Positions 1 to 8,952 of a stretch of DNA of 64,000 nt are shown here, one piece after another. Each line of letters begins with the position of its first letter. The first letter of the stretch is position 1. Source of the DNA: Vicinamibacterales bacterium (lineage in GTDB: Bacteria; Acidobacteriota; Vicinamibacteria; Vicinamibacterales; CAVVIG01); assembly GCA_049679965.1 (NCBI GenBank), contig JBAUGX010000176.1:1592-65591 (forward strand), given 5' to 3'. Under the pieces are notes generated by a model. It saw nothing but the letters and a program-made list of their open reading frames with translations. It did not search any database and was not told the DNA's origin. Position numbers and translations under genes: made by a program.

Positions 1-690
1 GCCCACAATCTCGTGTTCCGCTGGCGCACGGGCAATCGCCTGACGGCGCTCCTCGCCAACGTACCGCTGGTCTTTCCGGCGGCCATGTCGTTCTGCAAGT
101 ACCACCTGCTCCACCACCGCCACATGGGCGAGATCGATCTCGACGCAGACATTCCCGGCCCGACCGAAGCCCGGTTGGTTGGCCAGACGACAGCGGGCAA
201 GGCCACATGGCTCGCGGCGCTCGCGCTGGTCCTAGGCACGCTCCGCCCGCGCCGCATCAGGTCGGTGCCTTTTCTGGACGCGTGGACGGCGGCCAACATG
301 CTGTCTCAGGCCGGCGTCGTTCTGGCGATCGTGGCGTGGGTGGGCCTCGAGCCGCTCAAGTACCTGACCGCGTCCATGATGATGGCCGTGGGGCTGCACC
401 CGCTCGGGGCGCGGTGGATCCAAGAGCACTACGTGTTCAAGGCCGGACAGGAAACCTACTCCTATTACGGCCCGCTCAACCGCGTGAGCTTCAACGTGGG
501 CTACCACAACGAGCATCACGATCTCATCACGGTCCCGTGGCGGCGGTTGCCGCAGGTCAGGCGCGGCGCCCCGGAGTTCTACGACCATCTGCACGCCCAC
601 TGGTCGTGGACGCGGCTACTCGTACGGTTCCTCCGCGATCGCCAGGTCACGCTCTTCAGCCGGATCGTCCGGCCCCGATCGAGTTCCTGA
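1..690 (+). CDS. Sphingolipid Delta4-desaturase-like membrane desaturase (DEGS/DES1 type), 5' end cut by the window edge
   Basis: Frame +1 is open from base 1 ([14 protein letters not shown]...) to TGA 688-690. It has His boxes HLLHHRH and HNEHHD. The block [24 protein letters not shown] closely matches the human DEGS1 block [24 protein letters not shown] as I recall it. It is a paralogue of 11716-12693. Confidence 0.9.
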   Translation, partial: [229 protein letters not shown]

Positions 691-696
691 TCGACG

Positions 697-1074
697 TCAC
701 TGCACGGTAAACGTCAGCTCTTTCAATACCCGATCGCTGGCGTCGGTCACGGTCACGGTCCACTCGCCGGCCTTCCACACGGTCTTGTTGGCCCACGTGC
801 GCCACGGGTCGCCGCCGACCTGTAGCGTGGTGCTGGAGGTGCTGTCGCCAGTCTTCCAGGTCACTGTGACGGTGTCCGACCCGCTGCCGGTGAGTCTCAG
901 CCACAGGTAGACCTTGTCGTTCACGGCGAAGGTCGTGGTTTCGTCGGTGATGGCGCGATCCTGCACGCCCTTCCCGAGTTTGGCCTCGGCAACCTGCAGG
1001 CCCTGCGCATATACCGTCGGGAGCACGAATCCGCACGCGGCGACGAGGACAAGCAGCGAGAGCAGTCTCTTCAT
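697..1074 (-). CDS. Small secreted beta-rich protein (DUF2914-like)
   Basis: 125-aa ORF with signal peptide MKRLLSLLVLVAACGFVLPTVYAQ. AAGGAG lies upstream of ATG 1074. The C-terminal pattern (WRTW...GEWTVTV) resembles DUF2914 domains. Confidence 0.7.
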   Translation of the reverse strand: MKRLLSLLVLVAACGFVLPTVYAQGLQVAEAKLGKGVQDRAITDETTTFAVNDKVYLWLRLTGSGSDTVTVTWKTGDSTSSTTLQVGGDPWRTWANKTVWKAGEWTVTVTDASDRVLKELTFTVQ

Positions 1075-1098
1075 GACGATATCTCCTTATGACCGGCT

Positions 1099-2277
1099 GT
1101 GACGGCGGGGAGCCAGACACAGGTCGCAGCGAATCGCCACAAGCATGACATAACATATGGGCTCGTGATCGACGTCTCCCCCGCGTTCGGGCGCCGCGAC
1201 ATCGGCCGCTTCATCGACTATGCGCACGTGCGGAACAGCAGCGATCCTCATTGGATACCCCCGCTTCGCCTCGCCGAGCGCGAGCGGCTCTCACCCTCGC
1301 ACAATCCATTCTTCGCCCACGCTGATGTCGAGCTGCTTCTCGCGCGGCGCAACGGCCGGATCGTCGGGCGGATCGCCGCCATCGACGATCGCCTGCACAA
1401 CGACACGCACAGAGACGGCGTTGCGATGTTCGGGTTCTTCGAGGCCGAGGATCGACCCGCGGCCCAGGCGCTGCTCACGATGGTCGAGGCCTGGGCGAGG
1501 CGACGAGGACGTGCGCACGTCCGGGGCCCAATCAACCTGTCACTCAACGACAGTGCGGGGCTCCTGGTTGACGGGTTCGACTCCGATCCGATGGTGATGA
1601 TGCCGCACAACCCGCCTGCCTATGGCGAGTACATCGAGTCGGCCGGCTACCACAAAGTCAAGGATCTCTATGCGTGGCTCTACTCGATCGACGCCGAGGT
1701 ACCACAGGTCGTGGCCCGTCTCGCCGCGCGGGTGCGCGACCGCCAGGGCGTCCTCGTGCGGCCGCTGCAGCTCGCCGAGTTCGCGCGCGAGGTCGAACGG
1801 CTCCGAGAGATCTACTGCAGCGCATGGGAGCGGAACTGGGGCTTCGTGGCGCCGACGCCCGCCGAGTTCCGCCGGATTGCCGGCGAGATGAAGCAGATCT
1901 TCGATCCGCGGTGCGCTGTCTGCGCCGAAGCGAACGGACGGCCCGTCGCGTGCGCCATCGCCATTCCAGACATCAATCAAGCGCTCAAGGGCACCGATGG
2001 CCGTCTGTTTCCCCTTGGCCTGATTCGGCTGCTCGGACGCAAGCGGATCATCGATCAGGCGCGACTCCTGCTGTTCGGCGTCCTCGCGGAGTACCGCACC
2101 CTCGGGCTCTACCCGCTTCTCCTGTTCGAGCTTCACCGCCAGATGAAGGACACACGCTATCGTCGCGTCGAGTTCTCCTGGGTGCTCGAAGACAACCGCG
2201 ACATCAACCAGCCGGCCGAAATGGCCGGGGCAAGGCGCTACAAGACGTATCGCATTTATCAGAAGGCGCTGGCGTGA
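1099..2277 (+). CDS. GNAT-fold acyltransferase, candidate bacterial ceramide synthase (bCerS-like); function tentative
   Basis: 392-aa ORF from GTG 1099; an alternative GTG lies at 1165. The conserved pattern HWIPPLR...NPFF.HA...GRIVGRIAAIDD...FGFFE is typical of a large uncharacterised GNAT-like family. Its stop overlaps the next gene's start (GTGA at 2274-2277). Confidence 0.75.
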   Translation: MTAGSQTQVAANRHKHDITYGLVIDVSPAFGRRDIGRFIDYAHVRNSSDPHWIPPLRLAERERLSPSHNPFFAHADVELLLARRNGRIVGRIAAIDDRLHNDTHRDGVAMFGFFEAEDRPAAQALLTMVEAWARRRGRAHVRGPINLSLNDSAGLLVDGFDSDPMVMMPHNPPAYGEYIESAGYHKVKDLYAWLYSIDAEVPQVVARLAARVRDRQGVLVRPLQLAEFAREVERLREIYCSAWERNWGFVAPTPAEFRRIAGEMKQIFDPRCAVCAEANGRPVACAIAIPDINQALKGTDGRLFPLGLIRLLGRKRIIDQARLLLFGVLAEYRTLGLYPLLLFELHRQMKDTRYRRVEFSWVLEDNRDINQPAEMAGARRYKTYRIYQKALA

Positions 2278-3245
2278 GCGAGAGGAGCAGGCGCGTCGCC
2301 GTGACCGGCGCGACAGGTTTCATCGGCCGTCACCTGACGGCCCACCTCGTTTCGCAGGGCGCGGACGTGCGCGCGATCGTGCGCGCGCGCTCCGCGCATG
2401 CTGCGCCTCCAGGCGCGACCACCGTCCAGGCACCACTCGAAACGTCCGCGCTGACTGAGGCCTTTGCAGGCGTCGACGCCGTCGTGCATCTCGCCGGCAT
2501 CGTCTCGACGGTGCGCGAGCGCGAGTACATCGACGTCAACGTCCGCGGCACCCAGGCCGTCGCCGCGGCCGCCCGTGCCGCTGGCGCTCGCCTGATTTAC
2601 GTCTCCAGTCTCGCCGCGGCGGGCCCGGCGTCACCGGCCGCGCCAAGGCGCGAAGAGGATCCGTCAGCGCCCCTGACGCCGTACGGGCATAGCAAGCTCG
2701 CGGGCGAACGGCTGATCACCGCGATTGAAGGACTGCGGTGGACGATTCTCCGGCCGTCGGTCGTGTACGGCCCCGGCGACCGGGCCATGCTGCCGCTGTT
2801 TCGGTTTGCCCGCCTGGGCATCCTGCCACTCGTCGGCCGGCGCGACGCCGCGTACACCTTCATTTATGTCCACGACGTCGTTCGCGCTATCGACGCGGCG
2901 CTCGCCGCCCCAACGCTTCAGGACACGGTCTTCGTCGGCCATCCCCACCCCGTGACGGCTCGCGATCTCCTCACACGAATTCAAGCGGCGCTCGGCGGTT
3001 CTGCCCTGACGATTCCAATCCCGAGCGTCATCACCGATCTCGCGGCGATGGCCGGCGAGGCCGCCGGCAAGCTCATTGGCCGTCCGATGCTGCTGAACCG
3101 CTGGCGGAACGTGGAAATCTCGGCGGAGGGCTTCGTCTGCCACGTCGATCGCCTGCGCGATCGTCTCGGCATCGTCGCAGAGGTGGACCTTCAGCGGGGG
3201 CTCAACGAAACTGCGCGGTGGTACAGACAGCAGGGATGGCTGTAG
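2274..3245 (+). CDS. NAD(P)-dependent epimerase/dehydratase-family reductase (CerR-like, candidate 3-keto-ceramide/ketosphinganine reductase)
   Basis: The track ORF 1674-3245 is over-extended. In-frame GTG 2274 gives VSERSRRVAVTGATGFIGRHL, a Rossmann GxxGxxG motif at the N-terminus, and overlaps the upstream stop by 4 nt. Confidence 0.8.
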   Translation: MSERSRRVAVTGATGFIGRHLTAHLVSQGADVRAIVRARSAHAAPPGATTVQAPLETSALTEAFAGVDAVVHLAGIVSTVREREYIDVNVRGTQAVAAAARAAGARLIYVSSLAAAGPASPAAPRREEDPSAPLTPYGHSKLAGERLITAIEGLRWTILRPSVVYGPGDRAMLPLFRFARLGILPLVGRRDAAYTFIYVHDVVRAIDAALAAPTLQDTVFVGHPHPVTARDLLTRIQAALGGSALTIPIPSVITDLAAMAGEAAGKLIGRPMLLNRWRNVEISAEGFVCHVDRLRDRLGIVAEVDLQRGLNETARWYRQQGWL

Positions 3246-3254
3246 TGACTGAGT

Positions 3255-4460
3255 TCAGGATACCGCGACGCGCGTCGCGCCCAGCTCGGCGCCGACGCGG
3301 GCGAAAATATCGAGCGCGCGCGCGATCTGTTCGGGTGTGTGCGCCGCCGAGCAGCTGGCCCGCAGGACGCACTGGTCCTTCGGGCAACCGGGCGGCACGA
3401 TCAGGTTGACGTACAGGCCTTCGTGCATTAGCCGCTGCCAGAGCGCCATCGTCCTGTCTTCGTCGCCCGTGAGGATGGGGACGATCGGCGATTCGGTGTC
3501 GCCAATCACGAAGCCGCGCTCCTGCAGGCCCTGGCGCAGCCGCCGGACATTGGACCACAGTTGCTCGCGCAGCTCGGGATGCGCCCGCACGATCTTGACC
3601 GCAGCCCGGACGCCGGCGATATTCGACGGCGATCCGGACGCCGTGAAGACGTAGGCCCGCGCAAGGAAGTGCAGTGCCCGCAACTCGGGATGATCCGACA
3701 CGCACACGCCGCCGATGCCCGCGAGTGACTTTGAAAACGTGCTGACGACGAAGTCCACCCGGTCGAGCACGCCCTGCGCTTCGGCGCACCCGAACCCGGT
3801 CGGCCCGAACGTGCCGAGGGAGTGCGCTTCGTCCACCAGCAGGTACGCGCCGTACTGGCGGCAGACGTCGACGATTTCCCGCAGCGGCGCCACGTCGCCG
3901 CGAATCGAGTACAACCCCTCGCAGGCCACGAGGCGATTTCGCTCGCCCTTGGGCAGCCGCTCGAGCTTCTTCTGGAGACTTTCCGGCGAGTTGTGGCGAA
4001 AGCCAATGACCTGCGCGGGCGTCTGACGGGTCGCGTCGTAGATGCTCGCGTGGCTGTCGGCGTCAATCAGGATGACGTCGTCTTTCCCGCACAGCCCGCC
4101 AATGAGCGACAGATTGGCCTGATACCCAGTGCTGAAGATGATGGCGTGACGCTTGCCTGACCACTCGGCGAACTCCCGCTCGAGCGCTTCGTGCAGGGCC
4201 AGCGTGCCGTTGGCCGTGCGCGATCCGGTGGTTCCGGCGCCGTATTCGCTGATCGCGGCGCGCGCCGCCTCGATCACCGCCGGATGCATGGTGAGACCCA
4301 GATAGTTGTTCGAGCCGAACATCAACGTCGGCCGACCAGAGACGACGACCTCGCAGGGACCAAGCACACGGTCGATGACCGTCACGCCGGGTACCGCCGA
4401 CCCGGGCGCGAAGCCCGCGAGCCGCCGTTCAATGCTCCGTAACTTGTCGAGCAGGTCCAT
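3255..4460 (-). CDS. spt: Serine palmitoyltransferase-like alpha-oxoamine synthase (PLP-dependent)
   Basis: 401 aa with the GSNNYLGL motif. The PLP-lysine block VVSTFSKSLAGIGG resembles Sphingomonas SPT (GTFSKS) more than BioF or KBL. It is the last gene of an ACP / acyl-AMP ligase operon. Confidence 0.85.
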   Translation of the reverse strand: MDLLDKLRSIERRLAGFAPGSAVPGVTVIDRVLGPCEVVVSGRPTLMFGSNNYLGLTMHPAVIEAARAAISEYGAGTTGSRTANGTLALHEALEREFAEWSGKRHAIIFSTGYQANLSLIGGLCGKDDVILIDADSHASIYDATRQTPAQVIGFRHNSPESLQKKLERLPKGERNRLVACEGLYSIRGDVAPLREIVDVCRQYGAYLLVDEAHSLGTFGPTGFGCAEAQGVLDRVDFVVSTFSKSLAGIGGVCVSDHPELRALHFLARAYVFTASGSPSNIAGVRAAVKIVRAHPELREQLWSNVRRLRQGLQERGFVIGDTESPIVPILTGDEDRTMALWQRLMHEGLYVNLIVPPGCPKDQCVLRASCSAAHTPEQIARALDIFARVGAELGATRVAVS

Positions 4461-4471
4461 CCACTCTCCGT

Positions 4472-6160
4472 TTACGCGCGCAGTCCGGCCTGGTCGGCCG
4501 CGTCGCCCACGAGCCCGCCGCTCTCGTATTTCGCCTTGGTTGCCGCGCGCTGCACCTTGCCGCTGGTCGTCCGGCCGATCGTTCCACTCGGCACGGACAC
4601 GACGTCGTCGACGTACAGACCCAGCGCGTCGCCGACTCGCCGCCGAATCCCCTCGGCCAACGCCGCCGCGCCGACCGTGCCGCTCGGCTCCGCGACAATC
4701 ACCACGCGATCGGAGGCCCCTTGCCGGGTCGTGCCGAACGCCACCACCCGGCCCCGGCGAACGCCCGCCAATTCAGCGACCGCCCATTCCAGATCCTGCG
4801 GGTGGAACTTCCGGCCGTTGACGATGATGATGTCCTTCGCGCGGCCGCAAACAAACAGCTCGCCGTCAGACAGATAGCCCAAGTCTCCGGTGTGCAGCCA
4901 TCCGTTTCTCAGCGTCTCCGCGGTCAGGGCTGGGTCCTTATAGTAACCCAGCATGACCGACGGTCCCGACAGCACGATCTCGCCGACCTCGCGATCGGGC
5001 AGCTCCCGCCCGTCCTCACCCACGATGCGAATCGCGTGACCCGGCAAGGCGCGTCCGCAGCCGACGACGGGCACCGACGGTCCGCCCCCCACCGCCAGCG
5101 TGGCAAGCCGTCGCTTGGTGAGATCGTCGGACGCGATGTGCTCGACTCGAGGCAGCTGGCCGCGCGGTGGGAACGTCGCGGCAAGCACGTGTTCGGCCAG
5201 GCCGTAGCTTGGCAAGAAGCTCGTGGCTCGGAATCCCACCGGCGCAAAGCGTTCGGCGAACGCCATGAGCGTCGGGGCATGGATAGGCTCGGCCCCGCAC
5301 CCGGCGACTCGCCAGCACGAAAGATCCAGGCCTTCGAGATCGCGATCCTTCACGCGGCGGACCGACAGGTCGTACGCAAAATTGGGCGCGAAGCTGATGG
5401 TGCCGCGGTAGCGCGAGATCGCCTTCAGCCACTCGGCCGGGCGCTTGACGAACGCCTGCGGCGTCAGCAGGATGCCCGGCCGCTCGGAGTACAGCGGGCC
5501 GAGCGCCATGCCGACCAGACCCATGTCGTGATAGAGCGGCAGCCAGCTCAGGGCCGTGTCTTCGCTCGACGTGCCCAGCCCGGCCGGGCCGTTGATCGCA
5601 TCGACGTTGGCCGACAGATTCCGGTGAGACAGCGCCACGCCCTTTGGCGACGAGGTCGAGCCCGACGTGAACTGCACGAACGCGATGTCATCGAGCGACG
5701 GCATCGCGTCGGGCGGCAGTGCGGGCGCATCGAGGGCCTCGCGCGACAGGACGAGGGCCAGCTCCGGGCAGGTCGCCCGGAGCGCCTCGAAACCGCTTAC
5801 CAGTGCGGCGGCCGTCACGACAGCCTTGGCACCCGAGGCGCGCAGGATACCGGCTGTGAGATCGAAATACCGATCCAGACCGCCGGCTGTCACCGGTGGA
5901 TACAGCGATGCAGGCACCAGGCCGGCCATCGACGCGCCGAACAGCGACGTCAGGAAGGGCTCGGCATCGGCGAGCACTAGCGCGACCACGTCGCCGCGCC
6001 GCAGGCCGGCCTCGACGAGCGAGCGCCCGACGCCGAACGACGCCTGCTGCAGTTCCGCGTACGACCGGCGGGTTTCGACCCCGCCGTCGACAAAGGTGTA
6101 GCCCTGACCGGAACGCGCGGCCCGATCGAGCGCTTCAGGGAGCGTGCGGAACGTCATCAC
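4472..6160 (-). CDS. Fatty acyl-AMP ligase / acyl-ACP synthetase (adenylate-forming enzyme)
   Basis: 562 aa with AMP-binding motifs (FTSGSTSSPKGV, YGLAEH, TGDLG). The start (GTG 6160 or ATG 6157) abuts the ACP stop codon at 6161-6163. Confidence 0.85.
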   Translation of the reverse strand: MMTFRTLPEALDRAARSGQGYTFVDGGVETRRSYAELQQASFGVGRSLVEAGLRRGDVVALVLADAEPFLTSLFGASMAGLVPASLYPPVTAGGLDRYFDLTAGILRASGAKAVVTAAALVSGFEALRATCPELALVLSREALDAPALPPDAMPSLDDIAFVQFTSGSTSSPKGVALSHRNLSANVDAINGPAGLGTSSEDTALSWLPLYHDMGLVGMALGPLYSERPGILLTPQAFVKRPAEWLKAISRYRGTISFAPNFAYDLSVRRVKDRDLEGLDLSCWRVAGCGAEPIHAPTLMAFAERFAPVGFRATSFLPSYGLAEHVLAATFPPRGQLPRVEHIASDDLTKRRLATLAVGGGPSVPVVGCGRALPGHAIRIVGEDGRELPDREVGEIVLSGPSVMLGYYKDPALTAETLRNGWLHTGDLGYLSDGELFVCGRAKDIIIVNGRKFHPQDLEWAVAELAGVRRGRVVAFGTTRQGASDRVVIVAEPSGTVGAAALAEGIRRRVGDALGLYVDDVVSVPSGTIGRTTSGKVQRAATKAKYESGGLVGDAADQAGLRA

Positions 6161-6421
6161 CTAGGTCGACCGTCCCTCGGTGAGCTGCGCGACCTGCGCC
6201 ACGACCTGCGCGACCGTCCGCGTTGTCGCCACGTCGTTGAGGGGAATCGACACGTCGAACCGGTCCTCCAGCTCCGCGATGACCTCGAGGACCTGAAGCG
6301 AGTCGAATCCCAGGTCGGCGACCAGATCGCTGCTGAGAGTCGGCTCGATCGGACGACGGCTCACCCGCTTGAGCACGTCGATCACGCCTTCTTCGATTTG
6401 GGCGGATGCCGGTGGAGACAT
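6161..6421 (-). CDS. Acyl carrier protein
   Basis: 86 aa with the phosphopantetheine attachment motif LGFDSL. It lies directly upstream of the acyl-AMP ligase. Confidence 0.85.
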   Translation of the reverse strand: MSPPASAQIEEGVIDVLKRVSRRPIEPTLSSDLVADLGFDSLQVLEVIAELEDRFDVSIPLNDVATTRTVAQVVAQVAQLTEGRST

Positions 6422-6469
6422 GTAAGGAATGCGTTCAAGAATAGCACCCGGGCGCGGGCCAACGCCACC

Positions 6470-7978
6470 TCACGGCTCGCGCTGACGGACCGGGATCGAG
6501 CGCGGGACAATCGGCTGCGTGCCGGCCAGCCGCCCGACGTCGGCGGCAATGCCCGCGGCCGCATCGGGCTCGGGACGCTCCACCTGCTCGTGATATTCCT
6601 CGTCGGCGTTCACCTCCCACAGGTCGTGCCGCTCCCCAAACAGGTTCCGCACCGCCAGCATGGCCGTGAGCATGGAATGATCCTGGTTGTTGTACTTGTG
6701 CATCCCGTTGCGACCGACCAGCTGCAGGTTGGCAAACCGCTTGAGCCACTCCCGGATCGTGGTCAGCGCCTCGAGATATCCATCGTCGTACACGGGGTAG
6801 GCCTTGAAGACCCGCAGCACCGTCGCATCGGTGACCGAGCCGGGCCGGACCAGTCCGATGGCCACGATCTCCCGCTTGGCAAGATCAATGAGGGCCTGGT
6901 CAGACATTCGCCACAAATCGTCGCCCTCCGAGCAGAAGTACTCAAGGCCCAGGCACGTGAGCCTGGTGTCGGGCACCATCTCCGGGCTCCAGTTCTTGAA
7001 ATTCTGGACGCGGCCCACCCGGACACTTGGTTCATGGATGTAGATCCAGTTGTCGGGGAACACATGCTCCTGATCGACGATCAGCGCGACGGTGAGGAAG
7101 TCGCGATACTTCAACCGCTCGGCAGCCGCACGGACCGTATCAGGTGCGGCGGGGGTCAGCGTTCTCACGAGGTGCCGGACGGGCATCGTCGAGATGACCT
7201 GCGAGGCCGGCTGCTCGCGCCGCCCGCCACGGTCCTCGATCACGGCCGTATGGATGCGCTCGCCGTCGTGCCGTAATTCCACCACGCGCGACTCGAGCGT
7301 CACCCGTCCGCCCGCGGCGACGATGCGATCGCGGCATTCCTCCCACATCATGCCGGGCCCCAGCCGCGGGTACTCGAACTCGTGAATCAGCGTCTTGATC
7401 TGTCCTTCACGCCCGACGCCGAGCATGCTGAGCACGGCGGTCCATAGCGACAGGCCCTTGATCCGCTGCGCCGCCCACTGCGCGCCAATCTGGCTGCAGG
7501 GAATACCCCACACCTTCTCCGTATAACTCTTGAAGAACATGTCGAACAGGCGCCGGCCGAAACGGTTGCAGATCCAGTCCTCGAGACTGACCTCCGGACG
7601 GACTGGAGAGATTCTGGCGCGTGCGTAACTGGCCAGAACGGCCACGCTCGTGATCAGTCCCAGATTGGTGACCACGTTGAGAGCCTTGAGCGGGTAATCG
7701 AAGAAGCGGCCACGATAGTAGATGCGGGAGAGCCTCGGCCGCTGCAGCAGATCCTTGCCGAGCAACTCGTGCCAGAGCTCGCGGACCGCGGTCGCCTTCG
7801 TGAAGAACCGGTGACCGCCGATGTCGAACCGAAAATTCTTGTAGACGACCGTCCTGGCCAGGCCGCCGACCTGCGTGTCCCCATCGAAAACGTCCGGCCG
7901 CACGCCGCGCTTGGTCAACTCGTACGCCGCCGTCAGCCCGGCAGGACCCGCGCCAATAACGACGATGGGATCGTTCAT
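6470..7978 (-). CDS. NAD(P)/FAD-dependent oxidoreductase (amine-oxidase / UDP-galactopyranose-mutase-like fold), function unknown
   Basis: The track ORF is trimmed to ATG 7978, giving MNDPIVVIGAGPAGLTAAYEL (a dinucleotide-binding GxGxxG motif at the N-terminus). It is the first gene of the ACP-ligase-Spt operon. Confidence 0.8.
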   Translation of the reverse strand: MNDPIVVIGAGPAGLTAAYELTKRGVRPDVFDGDTQVGGLARTVVYKNFRFDIGGHRFFTKATAVRELWHELLGKDLLQRPRLSRIYYRGRFFDYPLKALNVVTNLGLITSVAVLASYARARISPVRPEVSLEDWICNRFGRRLFDMFFKSYTEKVWGIPCSQIGAQWAAQRIKGLSLWTAVLSMLGVGREGQIKTLIHEFEYPRLGPGMMWEECRDRIVAAGGRVTLESRVVELRHDGERIHTAVIEDRGGRREQPASQVISTMPVRHLVRTLTPAAPDTVRAAAERLKYRDFLTVALIVDQEHVFPDNWIYIHEPSVRVGRVQNFKNWSPEMVPDTRLTCLGLEYFCSEGDDLWRMSDQALIDLAKREIVAIGLVRPGSVTDATVLRVFKAYPVYDDGYLEALTTIREWLKRFANLQLVGRNGMHKYNNQDHSMLTAMLAVRNLFGERHDLWEVNADEEYHEQVERPEPDAAAGIAADVGRLAGTQPIVPRSIPVRQREP

Positions 7979-8085
7979 GTTCAAGGGTAAAGGATACAAC
8001 GTGATCGGGACCCGTGTACACTGGACCGACATGGCCACGCGGGCGATGGCAACTTCCAGATGAACCCTGGAAAGATGGTTTCGAT

Positions 8086-8952
8086 ATGAAGAAGATCGCA
8101 CTCGCGCTGGCGCTCGTCCTGCTCGCGCCGATCCAGGCCATCCCCCAGACGCGGAGCTTCCTGTGGAAAGCCACGAAAGGACCGGGGGCTGTCTACCTCG
8201 TTGGGTCGCTGCACCTCCTCACCAAGGACTACTACCCGCTCGCCCCGGCGCTCGATGCAGCATTCAAGGATGCGGACCTGCTCGTCGAGGAGGCCGACCT
8301 CGGGGAGATGCTGTCGCCACAGTCGCAGCTCGCCGTGGTCACCCGCGGCATGCTGCCGGCCAACCAGTCGCTCGACCAGCTGGTCTCCCCCGCCACGTTC
8401 GCGCTCGTGACGAAGCGCGTCGCCGCCCTGGGCGCGCCGATCGAGCCGCTCAAGCGCTTCAAGCCGTGGATGATTGCCCTCACGGTTCTGGGACTCGAGT
8501 GGCAGAAGGCCGGCTTCGAACCCGAGCTTGGCCTCGACAAGCACTTCTACGATCGCGCGAGGGCCGAGGGCAAGATGGTGCAGGGGCTGGAGACAACCGA
8601 CTTTCAGATCTCGCTATTTGACTCCATGACGCGCGCGCAGCAGGATCGGCTGCTGGCCGAGTCGCTCGAGGCCTCCCAGACCGAGATGGCCAGCGTCCGG
8701 CAACTGGCCGACGCGTGGCGCGGCGGTGACGCCGCCACGGTCGAGCGGATCGTGCTGGGCGATCTCAGCGACGACCGCGAGCTGTATCAGAGCCTCGTGG
8801 TCAACCGCAATCGTAGCTGGCTGCCCAAGATCGAAGCGCTGTTCGCCCGCCGCGGCCGCGCCTTCGTGGTCATCGGTGCGGCGCATCTGATCGGTCCCGA
8901 CGGCCTGCTCGCCGTCCTCAAGGCGAAGGGCTACGCAGTCGAGCAAATGTGA
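8086..8952 (+). CDS. TraB/GumN family protein (secreted)
   Basis: ATG 8086 gives the signal peptide MKKIALALALVLLAPIQA. GSLHLL and GAAHLIGPDGL blocks are typical of TraB/GumN. The stop overlaps the next start (GTGA at 8949-8952). Confidence 0.8.
   Translation: MKKIALALALVLLAPIQAIPQTRSFLWKATKGPGAVYLVGSLHLLTKDYYPLAPALDAAFKDADLLVEEADLGEMLSPQSQLAVVTRGMLPANQSLDQLVSPATFALVTKRVAALGAPIEPLKRFKPWMIALTVLGLEWQKAGFEPELGLDKHFYDRARAEGKMVQGLETTDFQISLFDSMTRAQQDRLLAESLEASQTEMASVRQLADAWRGGDAATVERIVLGDLSDDRELYQSLVVNRNRSWLPKIEALFARRGRAFVVIGAAHLIGPDGLLAVLKAKGYAVEQM

Noticed and set aside
1674-2273. N-terminal 200 aa of track ORF 1674-3245.
   Set aside because: This part overlaps the GNAT gene out of frame and is Arg/Pro-rich noise. 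The Rossmann motif begins right after GTG 2274, which also gives a GTGA overlap.
4721-5980. Long antisense ORFs in the track: 4721-5980, 10208-11296, 27906-29474, 32948-34504, 45735-46988, 46898-48487, 49532-50701, 53774-55324, 56014-57150 and 61199-62500.
   Set aside because: Each lies opposite a gene with clear family motifs. Their translations are Arg/Ala/Gly/Pro-rich and of low complexity, with no motifs. This is typical stop-codon-poor antisense frames in high-GC DNA.
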